64,000 nt of DNA. It comes from an uncultured Calditrichaceae bacterium. Lineage in GTDB: Bacteria; Calditrichota; Calditrichia; RBG-13-44-9. A program made the translations under genes and the position numbers. Shown piece by piece: positions 1 through 10,817 of this stretch. The DNA lies in NCBI GenBank assembly GCA_964387645.1, contig CAYLYM010000007.1:149-64148 (forward strand), read 5' to 3'. Positions within the stretch are counted from its first letter, which is position 1. Each line of letters opens with the position of its first letter. The notes beneath the pieces are model-generated. The model did no database searches, had not been told where the DNA came from, and was given only the letters and a program-made list of their open reading frames with translations.

Positions 1-531
1 AAAGCTACTCGACCGGGGGATGTTGTAAAGAGTTATTCCGGAAAAACAATCGAGATTATTAACATCGATGCAGAAGGCCGATTGATTCTGGCAGACACAC
101 TGAGCTATGTAGAGAAAAATTATCAACCCGATTTCATCGTCGATCTGGCTACTCTTACAGGGGCGGTTATTGTTGCACTTGGACATCTGGCCGGAGCTGT
201 ACTTACCCGGCACACCGAATTATTGGAAGCCCTGGAAGAAGCAGCCAATATCTCTGGTGAACGAATCTGGCGGCTACCCCTTTGGGAAGATTATGAAGAA
301 TTGATGAAAAGTAAAATTGCCGATGTGCGCAACGTTGCCACCAAACCACAAGCGGGCACAATAACCGGGGCAATTTTCCTGAAAAATTTTGTAGAAAAAA
401 CTCCCTGGGCACATCTCGATATTGCAGGAACTGCTTATAATATGCCCGAAAAAAGTTATCGACCTGAAGGAGCCACTGGATTTGGTGTGCGCTTGCTCTG
501 GCATTGGATGAATATTTTGGCGAAAAGTTAA
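1..531 (+). CDS. pepA: Leucyl aminopeptidase (peptidase M17), C-terminal fragment; the gene starts upstream of the window
   Basis: Frame 1 is open from position 1. The M17 active-site signature NIDAEGRL(ILADTL) and the C-terminal catalytic domain are present. Stop at 531. Confidence 0.85.
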   Translation, partial: KATRPGDVVKSYSGKTIEIINIDAEGRLILADTLSYVEKNYQPDFIVDLATLTGAVIVALGHLAGAVLTRHTELLEALEEAANISGERIWRLPLWEDYEELMKSKIADVRNVATKPQAGTITGAIFLKNFVEKTPWAHLDIAGTAYNMPEKSYRPEGATGFGVRLLWHWMNILAKS

Positions 532-1424
532 TTGGAAGTTAATTTTTTGATTTTAAAAAATAAATTCAATTTGTAATAGTATTCTGCTTTCAATGTACCT
601 ATCCTGGAGAGTTTATTAGGCTTTGATTTATTATGGCTTACATTGTGAACGAATTCTAATCCTGATAAGAGTAAGCCTACCAGACACGATTCATCGAGGA
701 CAAGTCTGTCTGAAAACCGGACAGAGAACAATATATTGTTTTTAGGAAAATCCTTCGAATGTACTAAGTATCATTTTTAGTGTGAAATCGTAAATGGAAT
801 TATTTCTTTCCTTAAAGGATTATTAATTTATTAAAAAATGGAATTTAAATAAATTTTTATCATTGCTTTGTCCTAAAGTTTCCCTAGTATTTGATTTAAA
901 TGAAAAAAAAGTGCGGTTGAATTGAATCGTCTTGAAATAAAATGGAGTTATTTAAGTTGAATTGATATTCTCGAATCCAATATCTAAATTTAAATAATTT
1001 GATTTTTATGAATTAGCGATAATTTGAAATTAAGATTTTTTTACTTAAGTTAAAGTACATCTTTTATATTGGTTTGAAAACCTATCATTTTTTTTGTATT
1101 ATTGGTGATTCTTAAGAAAAAAATAAGAGTAAAGCATTTAAAAGTAAATGCATAATAAAGTGAAGCAAGTGGTTAAATCAAAATTTAAATTACTTTTTTT
1201 GTCGGGCGGTTATTTTTCCCTCGAGTCTTTCGAAAAAAACGAAGCATCTTTAATTGTTTTTTTACGAGCAAACTTATCAGACATGTACATTCTTAACACC
1301 CTTTCTTAGTGACTGTCGGAATTGATTTCAAAGGGCTATGAAATCGATTTCTCTTATCTCACATGATTCTTTTTTAGAGTTTGAGAAATTTGAAAATGAG
1401 GTGGCTTGAACAGGAAGTTTCGGT

Positions 1425-2228
1425 ATGATAAATATGATAGATATCCATAATCATTTGATCCCCGATTTTGACGATGGCCCAAAATCCCTGGAAGAATCTT
1501 TAGAAATGCTCCGTCAGGCTGAAGAACAGGGTATTACGGACGTTTTTGCAACCTCGCATTTTAATGAATATATCCCACCAGAAATGGAAGAAGAATATTT
1601 CGCAAAACTTCGGCAATTGCGTGAGGAAGCGCTTGCTAGAGGAATAAAAGTAAACATCTATTCTGGTGCAGAAATTTTTTATCATCATTTCGTCAATAAA
1701 ACTGTAAGCTCGAAAAAAGTAGCTACACTAGGAGGATTGGGGCAATACGTATTGATTGAATTCCCAATGTTTCAAATGCCGTCTGGAGCTGAGGAGGTTT
1801 TGTTTCACCTTTCGGTGGATAATTATATACCTATTGTGGCTCACCCTGAACGGTACAACGCGCTTATCAGTCAACCAGAAAAGCCTTTAGAATATATTCA
1901 ATATGGAGGCCTTCTGCAGGTCAATGCTGGCAGTGTATTAGGCCATTTTGGAAAAGAGGTGCAAAAAATTGCCCTTTCGTTGTTAGAACAAAGGTTAGTG
2001 CACTTCATTGCATCGGATGCCCATTTTTCAGAGGGGCGTACTTTCATTCTGTTGGAAACTTACGAATTTCTCAAAGATAAATTACCCCAACAGTATTTGG
2101 AGGAAATTTTCTACAAAAATCCAAAATGCATCATTGATGAAATACGAATTGATAAAGTGTCGTATCCAAAACCTAAGCAACCCAAAGGGTTTTTCCAGAA
2201 AATAAAAAACCGTCTGAAACAATCGTAA
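1425..2228 (+). CDS. PHP-family Mn-dependent protein-tyrosine phosphatase (CpsB/YwqE-like)
   Basis: The N-terminal DIHNHLIPDFDDGPKS...ATSHF motif is typical of CpsB/YwqE PHP phosphatases. Length is ~265 aa. No partner BY-kinase is nearby. Confidence 0.7.
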   Translation: MINMIDIHNHLIPDFDDGPKSLEESLEMLRQAEEQGITDVFATSHFNEYIPPEMEEEYFAKLRQLREEALARGIKVNIYSGAEIFYHHFVNKTVSSKKVATLGGLGQYVLIEFPMFQMPSGAEEVLFHLSVDNYIPIVAHPERYNALISQPEKPLEYIQYGGLLQVNAGSVLGHFGKEVQKIALSLLEQRLVHFIASDAHFSEGRTFILLETYEFLKDKLPQQYLEEIFYKNPKCIIDEIRIDKVSYPKPKQPKGFFQKIKNRLKQS

Positions 2229-2264
2229 AAAGATCCTTCGTTTAGATACCGCTAATTTTCATCG

Positions 2265-3351
2265 ATGGAGGAGAACATACCTTCTCAAGTGCCTTTTCGA
2301 GAAATTTATTGGAATATCTCCGGTGTTTATTGGATGTATCTCCTTCTCCTGATTGCGTTGATTATTTTTTTCTGGAAATTTTATATCATAGGTGCAAGTT
2401 CTGGAAGGTGGGACAGGATGAGGAATTTTGGTCGTGTACTACCGGCCGGGTTTGTATGGAAGCCTGCCCTATGTGTATTGAGCACATTCCCCAAATTATA
2501 GAAATGCGTCGTCATCTGGTTCTAGAGGAGAGTCGCTTTCCGTCAGAAGTAACTATTACATTTAAAAATCTGGATACCAATGGAAATCCCTGGGGAATTT
2601 CGCCGGAGGATCGGGAAAAATGGACAGAAGGTCTGCAGGTTCCAAAAATAAGGGAAATAAATGGTGAAGTGTAATACCTGTTCTGGGTGGGTTGTGCAGG
2701 TTCTTACGATGCGCGAAGCCAGAAAGTGGCTCGAGCGTTGATTAAAATTCTCAATGCCGCTGGAGTCAATTACGCCATACTGGGTGCCGAAGAAACGTGC
2801 ACAGGAGATGCAGCCCGCTGTTTGGGTAACGAGTATTTGTTTTAAATATTAGCTGAGCAAAATATCGAGAATTTAAATAGATATAAGTTAACTATTTGTC
2901 TGTATTGTTTGAATACATTAATAAATGAATATCCACAAGTTAGAGGAAATGATCAGGTTATCCATTACAATAAATTGTTAAAAAATTTAGTTCAATCGAG
3001 AAAGATTCAATTAAAAAAACCAATTGAAGTAGTTGTAACCTACCATGATTCATACTACCTGGGCGTCATAATGATAATATCAACGAGGCACCAAGAGAAG
3101 TCTTATGTTTTCTATCTGGAGTGCAATTAAGAGAAATGCCTCATTCTTGAGAAAATGGTATTTGTTGTGGTACCGGTGATGATTGTATGTGGATAGGGGA
3201 AAAGTATCCCAACATGAATCATCCTCGTGTAGAAGAGGCTGCCGGTTTAGAGCCGGATATTTTAACTACAACTTTCCTCTTCTGTATAACCATGTTGGAT
3301 GATGCCATTAATGAAACCGGCCGTCAGGAGCAAATACGGGTTAAAATCTGA
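2265..3351 (+). pseudogene. Decayed heterodisulfide-reductase-like (HdrD/GlpC-type, NarI-like TM + Fe-S + two CCG domains) oxidoreductase gene
   Basis: Pieces of one protein family are spread over three frames with internal stops. (1) An N-terminal REIYWNI membrane segment. (2) A ferredoxin-like CxxxCPxC followed by ...NGNPWGISPEDREKW. (3) A first CCG domain, [12 protein letters not shown]...[17 protein letters not shown], in which CCG has become CTG. (4) VTYHDSYYLGV in place of the canonical VTYHDPCYLGR. (5) A second CCG domain, GICCGTGDDCMW...TTFLFCITMLDDAINETG, in which CPFC has become FLFC. Confidence 0.6.
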
Positions 3352-3435
3352 CTTTATTGATAGCTGAAGCCACGAAACTGATTGAATAATGATATATGAT
3401 TTTGAAGAAACGAATCTCTGACGACTCGAATAAAT

Positions 3436-3789
3436 TTATTCAAATTCTTTAGGAACAGCACATATCATAACAAATGGTTCTGACTCGGAGGTGTTCTTAT
3501 ACTGGTGTAATTCATCAGGCAAAACCAGGATAAAATCTCCAGCTTGAATTTCTAACTCTCCTTTTTCTTCCGAGTAAATCGTCCCTTTTCCGCTGATGAT
3601 GTAATTGACATGTTCATAAGGATGACGATGTTTTGGTGTATATCCCTTAGGCTCCAGAGTGAAGACTCTGAAAGAAAAATTTGGTGCTCCATCGTTCCGA
3701 GAAATGGGTATTTGTTTAAAAGCGTTTTTTGCTCCTTCTGTTTCAACAAGCACTTTTGGGACCTGATCTAAATGAACAATTTTCATCAC
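3436..3789 (-). CDS. Cupin-domain protein
   Basis: 117 aa with the cupin two-His motif region (PKHRHPYEHVNYIISGKG...AGDFILV). Confidence 0.7.
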   Translation of the reverse strand: MMKIVHLDQVPKVLVETEGAKNAFKQIPISRNDGAPNFSFRVFTLEPKGYTPKHRHPYEHVNYIISGKGTIYSEEKGELEIQAGDFILVLPDELHQYKNTSESEPFVMICAVPKEFE

Positions 3790-3895
3790 AACTTTCCGTC
3801 TTTAAAGTTTAAGTTATTTTTAAAAGTAATTAAATGAACAAATTTTATTTTTTTAATATTTATTTAATTTAACCGACTAAATTTTTTTCAGAAAA

Positions 3896-5362
3896 TCACA
3901 CTTTTTCCGGTACGACGAAAGGTTCCCGATATTTTCGTTTGAGATAATGATTAGCTTCTGATGCAAACTGACCCGTAAATTTTTCTTGTATCCCGTCAAA
4001 AGTTAACCATGGACCCAAAATGGAGGGGGTTTCCTGAAAATTGATTTCATTTTTAGACAGATGATCTTTAATTCTTTCCAGTGTTTCCAGGGCTTCAGCA
4101 TTTTGTTTGAATGCATCTTTCATGTCTTCAATGGGAGTAATTTTACCCATGCGATAGGAGATATTAGCAAGATGACATAATGTAGCTGAAAGATGGCCTT
4201 CAAGGATATCGGCGTGGAGCTCTTTAGGATTTCGAGAACGCACTGCCTGGATGAAGTTTTCCTGGTGTCCAGCGCCACCATCTCCTGGAAATTGTTTTAT
4301 TTTTTTTCCATTATTATCATAAATCCAGCCACCACCACGGCCCCCAGCAAAATAACCACCTTCGCATTGAATAATGTTACCCATTCGCACACCACGTAAG
4401 TGGTCCATGCTTCTGGAACCTTTGGTATGCGGCAGGTTCCGAATCTCTATGATAATAGGAACCTCTTCATAGTCAAAAAAAGCTAATTGTGTATTAGGAG
4501 TTTGTCCGTCGTCTATATAACCAAATCGACCTCCCATACTGATTACTCTTCTGGGCATTCTAGATATTCCAGTAGCCATACGGCAATCATCAATCTGATG
4601 GGCGCCTAAATTGCCCATATCCCCATTTCCCGTTTCCCATATCCAATGCCAGTCATAATGCAAATTTTTTCGCATTAACGGTCGTAAAGGTGCTGGTCCC
4701 GTCCAGAGGTTGTAGTCTACGTAAGGAGGAATAGGTTGAGGTCCATTGACTTTTCCAATACTGCCCCTTCGTTTGAACCATAAGCCGTGCGCCCATAGAA
4801 TTTTACCAATGTGCCCTTCTCGAATATACTGTATTGCTTCCCTAAAGCCTATGTCAGAACGGTTTTGTGTTCCTGCTTGCACAATTCGCTTATATTTACG
4901 AGAGGCTTCAACCAACTTACGACCTTCCCAAATGTTGTGAGAAATCGGTTTTTCAACATAGACATCTTTCCCCGCCTGACAAGCCCAGATGCCAATCAGT
5001 GAATGCCAATGATTGGGTGTAGCAATAACTACGGCATCAATATCATCCGATTCCAGAAGCTTACGAACATCTTTATAAGTTCGAATGGATTCATTCCGTT
5101 TTTTAAATTTATTCGCTTCTTTGTTTAAAACTTTTTCATCTACATCACATAAAGCCACAACTCGTACACCCCGAATTTTTCTAAAAACTTCAATGTGTTG
5201 AGCTCCTTTGCTATGAAATCCAATAATTCCGACTCGAATTTCATCGTTAGCCCCCAAAATCCGGGAATAACTTTCGGCTGAAAAAGCTAACCCAGGCAAG
5301 GCTAGCGAAAGTCCTGTTAATGCCGAAGATCTAAGAAATTCTCTGCGGGTGAGTTTACGCAT
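3896..5362 (-). CDS. Gfo/Idh/MocA-family oxidoreductase with twin-arginine (Tat) signal
   Basis: N-terminal MRKLTRREFLRSSALTGLSLALPGLAFSA is a Tat signal. The NAD-binding Rossmann motif IGFHSKGAQH...VVALCD and the EKP motif are typical of the family. Confidence 0.8.
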   Translation of the reverse strand: MRKLTRREFLRSSALTGLSLALPGLAFSAESYSRILGANDEIRVGIIGFHSKGAQHIEVFRKIRGVRVVALCDVDEKVLNKEANKFKKRNESIRTYKDVRKLLESDDIDAVVIATPNHWHSLIGIWACQAGKDVYVEKPISHNIWEGRKLVEASRKYKRIVQAGTQNRSDIGFREAIQYIREGHIGKILWAHGLWFKRRGSIGKVNGPQPIPPYVDYNLWTGPAPLRPLMRKNLHYDWHWIWETGNGDMGNLGAHQIDDCRMATGISRMPRRVISMGGRFGYIDDGQTPNTQLAFFDYEEVPIIIEIRNLPHTKGSRSMDHLRGVRMGNIIQCEGGYFAGGRGGGWIYDNNGKKIKQFPGDGGAGHQENFIQAVRSRNPKELHADILEGHLSATLCHLANISYRMGKITPIEDMKDAFKQNAEALETLERIKDHLSKNEINFQETPSILGPWLTFDGIQEKFTGQFASEANHYLKRKYREPFVVPEKV

Positions 5363-5855
5363 AGGTACACCTCTTTAGTTTTTAGTTAACAATAGTTACT
5401 TTTTTGGGACAACGATCATTCATTAATAATCAAATATTTTATAAATTGTAATAAAATAATATTATCTTAATTGTATTTCAAAGTAAAAAAGTTCAATTTT
5501 TAAATAAAGGGCTATCTATTTTTTATTAAACCATGAAAATTTTTAGTATTTAGTGATAGTTGTTTCAAGGGAGTTTATTGTTAGATTTCTAATGAGGCGA
5601 TTATGTGGATTGAAGGAAGTAAAGAGAGATAAAATTCAAAAAATGCCTGAATTGTTATTGGTAGTTTTTGGCCTGGGGTCAAATGAATTTCTTAAATGAC
5701 TATTATATTTTCAAGATAACAAGAATATTCATCTCAGGCGGTAATATTAATAGAATAAATAAATTAAAGAAATATTCATTAATCTATAATATTTGATATT
5801 TGCAAATTTTTGCTGATAAATGTAAATTTATTCTTTAATTAGTTAGGAAAATTAA

Positions 5856-6839
5856 ATGTATTTAAAACCATTACAGTTAGGAAATCTGAAGACTCGGCAT
5901 AATCTGATGTTAGCTCCCATGTCGGGAATTACCGATTATCCATTTCGGCAAATTTGTAGGGAGTTTGGTGCAGATTTAACATTTACAGAGGTGGTTAGTG
6001 TAGACGGATTGCTCTATAATAATCGGACAACATTCCAAATTTTAAAATTTAAGCCGCATGAGAAGCCCATCGGTTTTCAGCTTTTTGGGAGTGATGAAAC
6101 AAAATTTGCACGAGTTTTAAAAATAATTGAGAAACTACAACCTGATATCATCGATGTAAATCTTGGTTGTCCGATGAAGAAAATAGTTAAAAAAGGAGCA
6201 GGAGCCGCCTTATTAAAAGAATTAAATAAAATAGAAAAGATAATATCAGCTTTGAAGCAAACTTCTATTCCGATTACCGCTAAAATCCGTATTGGTTGGG
6301 ATGTTAACACAATTGTAGCTGAAGATGTTGCGAAATCTGTAGAATCGGGTGGGGCAGATGCGATAACTGTGCATGGCCGCACCAAAGAACAGGGATATTC
6401 AGGCAAGGCACAATGGGAATATATTGCAAGAGTAAAAAGTGTTGTGAATATTCCTGTGATTGGTAATGGTGATGTTTTTGATGGTCCTTCGGCTTTGGCA
6501 ATGTTCCAAATGACCGGAGTCGATGGTATCATGTTAGCACGTGGTACCCTGGGAAAACCCTGGTTATTTGCTGAAATTCAGCAATATTTAAAAGAAGGTA
6601 GTATAAATATTAAACCGGATTATTCATTTCGATTGCAGGTATTACAGCGGCATTATCAATTGCAGTTACAGTTTTATGATGAAACAAACGCGTTGACCCG
6701 TATGAAAAAACATCTGGTTTGGTATACGCGCGGTTTACCATTTGCAGCAAGAATCAAAGAGAGGGTATTCGAGGCCAAGAATTTTAAGGAGATACATAAA
6801 ATATTTCAGGATTATCAGAAAAATCTTTTGAAAAATTAA
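5856..6839 (+). CDS. tRNA-dihydrouridine synthase (Dus family, DusB-like)
   Basis: LAPMSGITDYPFR..., a TIM-barrel FMN motif and the NLGCP catalytic Cys region. 327 aa. Confidence 0.85.
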   Translation: MYLKPLQLGNLKTRHNLMLAPMSGITDYPFRQICREFGADLTFTEVVSVDGLLYNNRTTFQILKFKPHEKPIGFQLFGSDETKFARVLKIIEKLQPDIIDVNLGCPMKKIVKKGAGAALLKELNKIEKIISALKQTSIPITAKIRIGWDVNTIVAEDVAKSVESGGADAITVHGRTKEQGYSGKAQWEYIARVKSVVNIPVIGNGDVFDGPSALAMFQMTGVDGIMLARGTLGKPWLFAEIQQYLKEGSINIKPDYSFRLQVLQRHYQLQLQFYDETNALTRMKKHLVWYTRGLPFAARIKERVFEAKNFKEIHKIFQDYQKNLLKN

Positions 6840-6924
6840 AAAGACTTTTCGTTTAATTTTATGTTAGCATTCATACATATTATTTTTAAATTCTTTTTTA
6901 GTTTTAAATTAAGGAGAGTGCTTT

Positions 6925-7689
6925 GTGAAAACTGAAGAATTAATAAATTTACTGTCTCAATATAAGCTAGGAAAAATCGATGAAGAATCAGTTTTAAATT
7001 ATATCCGATCTTCTCTGATCAAATCTCTTGATTTTGCACAAATAGATTACCACAGGGAGCTGCGGCAGGGGTATCCGGAAGTTATTTTTTGTGAGGGTAA
7101 AACACCTGAACAGGTAGTCAGAATTGCCGAAAAAATTTACAAACACCACGGTAAGGTCTTAGCCACTCGAGCAACACCTGAACTATACAAACATGTTAAA
7201 AAGCAATTACCCGATTTACTTTATCATGAATCCGCTAAGGCCATCCACTCTTCTCTGCCAGAAGCGCAAAAAAATTCAGAAGGTAAAATCGCTGTGATTA
7301 CGGCTGGTACCTCTGACGTGCCTATTGCTGAAGAAGCTGCTTTAACTTGCCGAATGTTTGGTTATCCACCAGCAACCATTTATGATGTTGGGGTAGCTGG
7401 GTTGCATCGTTTAAATCATTATTGGGGAGAGGTTCAAAAGGCACAGATTTTAGTTGTTGTTGCTGGGATGGAAGGTGCGTTGGCGAGTGTAATAGGTGGT
7501 TTGGTAGATAAACCTGTTATTGCGGTTCCTACTTCGGTAGGCTACGGGACCAGTTTTGGCGGTTTAACGGCTTTGTTTGCCATGCTCAATAGCTGCACCA
7601 GTAATGTGGTTGTGGTGAACATTAATAATGGATTCGGTGCAGGCTTTACAGCCAGCCTCATTTTAAAACAAATTTTAAAAAATAGTTGA
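6925..7689 (+). CDS. larB: Nickel-pincer cofactor biosynthesis protein LarB (PurE-like carboxylase/hydrolase)
   Basis: GTG start 6 nt after AAGGAGAG. GKIAVITAGTSDVPIAEEA and VVVAGMEGALASVIGG...IAVPTSVGYG are LarB/PurE-class signatures. Confidence 0.7.
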   Translation: MKTEELINLLSQYKLGKIDEESVLNYIRSSLIKSLDFAQIDYHRELRQGYPEVIFCEGKTPEQVVRIAEKIYKHHGKVLATRATPELYKHVKKQLPDLLYHESAKAIHSSLPEAQKNSEGKIAVITAGTSDVPIAEEAALTCRMFGYPPATIYDVGVAGLHRLNHYWGEVQKAQILVVVAGMEGALASVIGGLVDKPVIAVPTSVGYGTSFGGLTALFAMLNSCTSNVVVVNINNGFGAGFTASLILKQILKNS

Positions 7690-7766
7690 TAAAGAGAGAG
7701 AATATAACTGAAACTATCGGAGATTACTATATTAAAGAAAAGTACTAATTGGGGTTTGAGTGTAAA

Positions 7767-8228
7767 ATGGATGATATTAAACGAAAAATTTATAAAGAAT
7801 TCAAGTTAGATAAACATCTGTCTGGTAGTTCTGTGTTGCTGCAGGAGAGGAATCGTCCTATTCTTTTTGTATCCGATACTTCTTTTACACCACCTACAGA
7901 TGTTTGGGAAACGACCGATGAAATCTATGTAGTTATGGAAATAGCAGGGATGGATTTAAAAAAACTCAAGATTGAATACAGCGCGGGATATTTGATTGTA
8001 GAAGGAGAACGTAACGAACCAGAACTTTTTCTCCAAACCACCATTGTAAAATTTCATAAGAAAGAGATCGATTATGGGCACTTCAGAGTAAAAATCAAAA
8101 TGAATACCCGTATTAAAACTGATGAAATTGAAGCACAATATAATGAAGGAATGTTGACCGTGGTTTTAAAGAAAGACCCTCAGACAGGCGAAGACGTCAA
8201 TATTTCGGTTCCTGTCCAAAAAAGTTGA
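7767..8228 (+). CDS. Hsp20/alpha-crystallin small heat-shock protein
   Basis: The alpha-crystallin core (DVWETTDEIYVVMEIAGM...EGMLTVVLKK) is present. The ATG at 7767 is preferred over the upstream TTG at 7749 reported in the ORF track. Confidence 0.8.
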   Translation: MDDIKRKIYKEFKLDKHLSGSSVLLQERNRPILFVSDTSFTPPTDVWETTDEIYVVMEIAGMDLKKLKIEYSAGYLIVEGERNEPELFLQTTIVKFHKKEIDYGHFRVKIKMNTRIKTDEIEAQYNEGMLTVVLKKDPQTGEDVNISVPVQKS

Positions 8229-8249
8229 ATCCCAATTTCGTAAAGAAGA

Positions 8250-10676
8250 ATGGAGTCTGGAATGAGTCAAAATAAATCACAAAATAAACTTCATGAAAAT
8301 TCACTTTATGTTTTGCCGGTAAAAAATTTAGTGGTATTCCCGTATCTTGTTGTTCCTTTGGCCATTGAAGCTCCCCACTTGTTAGAATTGGTAAACCAGG
8401 CTTTGATTCAACGTAGAGATATTGGCATTTTTACAGAATTTTTAAATAAAGACGAAGAGGCACAGATTTTTAAAGTGGGAGCCCGGGCTTCTATTTTAAA
8501 AATGTTTCAGATGCCGGATGGGGGAGTCCGTGTGCTGATTCAAGGGAAAGAAAGAGTGAAAATTAATAAAATAGAGCAGGAAGATTCCTTCTTGATTGCT
8601 CGGTGTGTTCCACTTGAAACCAGGACGAAGAACATAGAGCGGTGCGAAGCCCATATCCGGGCGATTAAAGACTTATTGGAAAAAATGTCGGATAAATCGC
8701 CACTGATTCCCGAAGATTTATTTCAACCATTGTTCAATCAGGAACAGCACGAAAAATTCACCGATTTATTAGCGGCCAATATGGAAATTAGCGTTCTGGA
8801 GAAACAAGATTTATTAGAAGAAACTGTACTTGATAAACGGTTAGAGAGAATCCTGGATATTTTGCAACGAGAATGGCGTGTGTTAGAGATCACTGGCGAG
8901 ATTCAAAGCAAAGTAAACACCGAACTTGACCGGAATCAGCGTGAATATATTTTGCGTGAGCAATTGAAAGCAATTAAACAGGAATTAGGTGAAGATGATG
9001 AAGAAGAGGATGAATGGGAAGCGGAGATTGAAAATCTAAGGAAACAGATTAAAAAAGCCCGAATGCCTAAACATGTTGAGAATGTGGCATTAAAAGAATT
9101 GGAACGTTTGGCTGAGATGTCTCCTGCGGCGGCGGAATATACCATTGCGAGAACCTATATTGATTGGCTGATTGCATTACCATGGAGTAAACAAACAAAA
9201 GATAATATTGATTTAGAAAATGCCAAAAAAATCCTGGATGAAGACCACTATGATTTGAAGGATGTCAAAGATCGAATCTTGGAATTCCTGGCGGTTAGGA
9301 AACTGAAGAAGCAGACTAAAGGTCCAATTTTGTGTTTCGTCGGACCTCCCGGGGTGGGTAAAACCAGCCTGGGTCGCTCCATTGCCCGCGCCATGGGACG
9401 GAAGTTTGTGCGTTTCAGCATTGGCGGAATTCATGATGAGGCAGAAATTCGTGGACACCGCCGTACCTATATTGGCGCTTTACCAGGACGGATCATTCAA
9501 ATGATTAAAGAAGCTGGAACTCTCAATCCTGTTTTCATGCTCGACGAAATCGATAAGATTGGTTCAGATTTTCGTGGCGATCCGGCCTCGGCATTGCTGG
9601 AAGCGTTAGATCCTCAGCAGAACAAAGATTTCGTCGACCATTATTTAGATGTAAAGTTTGACCTTTCCAAAGTGATGTTTATCACCACTGCAAATGTTTT
9701 GTACAGTATTCCCCCAGCTTTACTCGACCGCATGGAAGTGATTGAGATACCCGGCTACATTACTGAGGAAAAGATTCAAATTGCCCGAAAATATATCGTC
9801 CCCCGACAGATAGAAGAAAACGGATTGAAAAAAAGTTATATTAAATTTCGAGTAGATGCCCTTGAACGGATTATTACTGATTACACTAATGAAGCTGGAG
9901 TGAGAAATTTGGAACGAGAGATTGCAAGGATATGCCGGAAGATTGCCAGGCGTTTTGCCGAAGGAAAACGAGAACCTGTCACTATTCGAGCTGAGGATAT
10001 TCCCAATTATCTTGGTCCACAGAAAAATTTCCCGGAGTTGGCCGGAATTAAAGATGAAGTTGGTATTGCTACTGGTCTTGCCTGGACACCGGTGGGTGGG
10101 GAGATATTATTCGTGGAAGCTACTTTGATGAAAGGTGGCAAACATCTCACCTTAACAGGGCAACTGGGGGAGGTTATGCAGGAATCGGCACAGGCAGCTT
10201 TGAGTTACATCCGCTCGCATGCAAAGGAATACCAGATTGATGAAAATTTTTTCCGCAAATACGATGTTCACATTCATGTACCATCCGGTGCTGTACCGAA
10301 GGATGGACCATCCGCCGGTGTGACAATTGCTACTTCGTTGCTTTCTTTTCTCACAGGTCGACCGGTAAGGTCGGATGTGGCTATGACGGGAGAAATTTCA
10401 CTCCGAGGAAGGGTGTTACCGGTAGGAGGTATTAAAGAAAAAGTTCTGGCTGCACGCCGCGCCGGCATCAAAAATGTTATTTTGCCCAAACGAAATGAAA
10501 AAGATTTGCAAGAAGTGCCCGAAGATATCCGTAAAAAAATGAATTTTATTTTCGTGGAAAAATTGTGTGAGGTTTTTGATGTGGCGCTGAGAAACGGCAA
10601 GTCTACACGAAGATTTAGCAAAACACTACAATCGAAAAAAGAACCACCAAGTCGTTCGAAAACGGTTCGTGTCTAA
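8250..10676 (+). CDS. lon: ATP-dependent Lon protease (LonA)
   Basis: Walker A GPPGVGKTS, an AAA+ module, and the proteolytic domain with the catalytic Ser in PKDGPSAGV. 808 aa. Confidence 0.95.
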   Translation: MESGMSQNKSQNKLHENSLYVLPVKNLVVFPYLVVPLAIEAPHLLELVNQALIQRRDIGIFTEFLNKDEEAQIFKVGARASILKMFQMPDGGVRVLIQGKERVKINKIEQEDSFLIARCVPLETRTKNIERCEAHIRAIKDLLEKMSDKSPLIPEDLFQPLFNQEQHEKFTDLLAANMEISVLEKQDLLEETVLDKRLERILDILQREWRVLEITGEIQSKVNTELDRNQREYILREQLKAIKQELGEDDEEEDEWEAEIENLRKQIKKARMPKHVENVALKELERLAEMSPAAAEYTIARTYIDWLIALPWSKQTKDNIDLENAKKILDEDHYDLKDVKDRILEFLAVRKLKKQTKGPILCFVGPPGVGKTSLGRSIARAMGRKFVRFSIGGIHDEAEIRGHRRTYIGALPGRIIQMIKEAGTLNPVFMLDEIDKIGSDFRGDPASALLEALDPQQNKDFVDHYLDVKFDLSKVMFITTANVLYSIPPALLDRMEVIEIPGYITEEKIQIARKYIVPRQIEENGLKKSYIKFRVDALERIITDYTNEAGVRNLEREIARICRKIARRFAEGKREPVTIRAEDIPNYLGPQKNFPELAGIKDEVGIATGLAWTPVGGEILFVEATLMKGGKHLTLTGQLGEVMQESAQAALSYIRSHAKEYQIDENFFRKYDVHIHVPSGAVPKDGPSAGVTIATSLLSFLTGRPVRSDVAMTGEISLRGRVLPVGGIKEKVLAARRAGIKNVILPKRNEKDLQEVPEDIRKKMNFIFVEKLCEVFDVALRNGKSTRRFSKTLQSKKEPPSRSKTVRV

Positions 10677-10817
10677 TTTTTTATTCTTTATGATTATAAT
10701 GAAAAGTAATTACCTTTCTGAGATAGAACAATAGATGGTAAAGAAGACTAAACACATTACTCTTTCATTGGAATAGAAAGCTGAATTTTATTTCTCAATC
10801 TTCTAAAAACAAAAATA

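Noticed and set aside
1398-1410. GGTGGCTTGAA as a sigma-54 (-24/-12) promoter
   Set aside because: The GG/GC elements are not spaced the canonical 10 nt apart in any of the three copies. Kept only as an unexplained recurrent motif.
2309-2674. 121-aa ORF and neighbouring 65-78-aa ORFs (2265-2501, 2909-3130) as independent genes
   Set aside because: They are fragments of one decayed HdrD-like gene, reported as a pseudogene.
6077-6532. 151-aa minus-strand ORF inside the dus gene, and similar 60-90-aa antisense ORFs throughout the track
   Set aside because: They are embedded antisense in conserved genes with no start context or homology. They are artefacts of AT-rich sequence.
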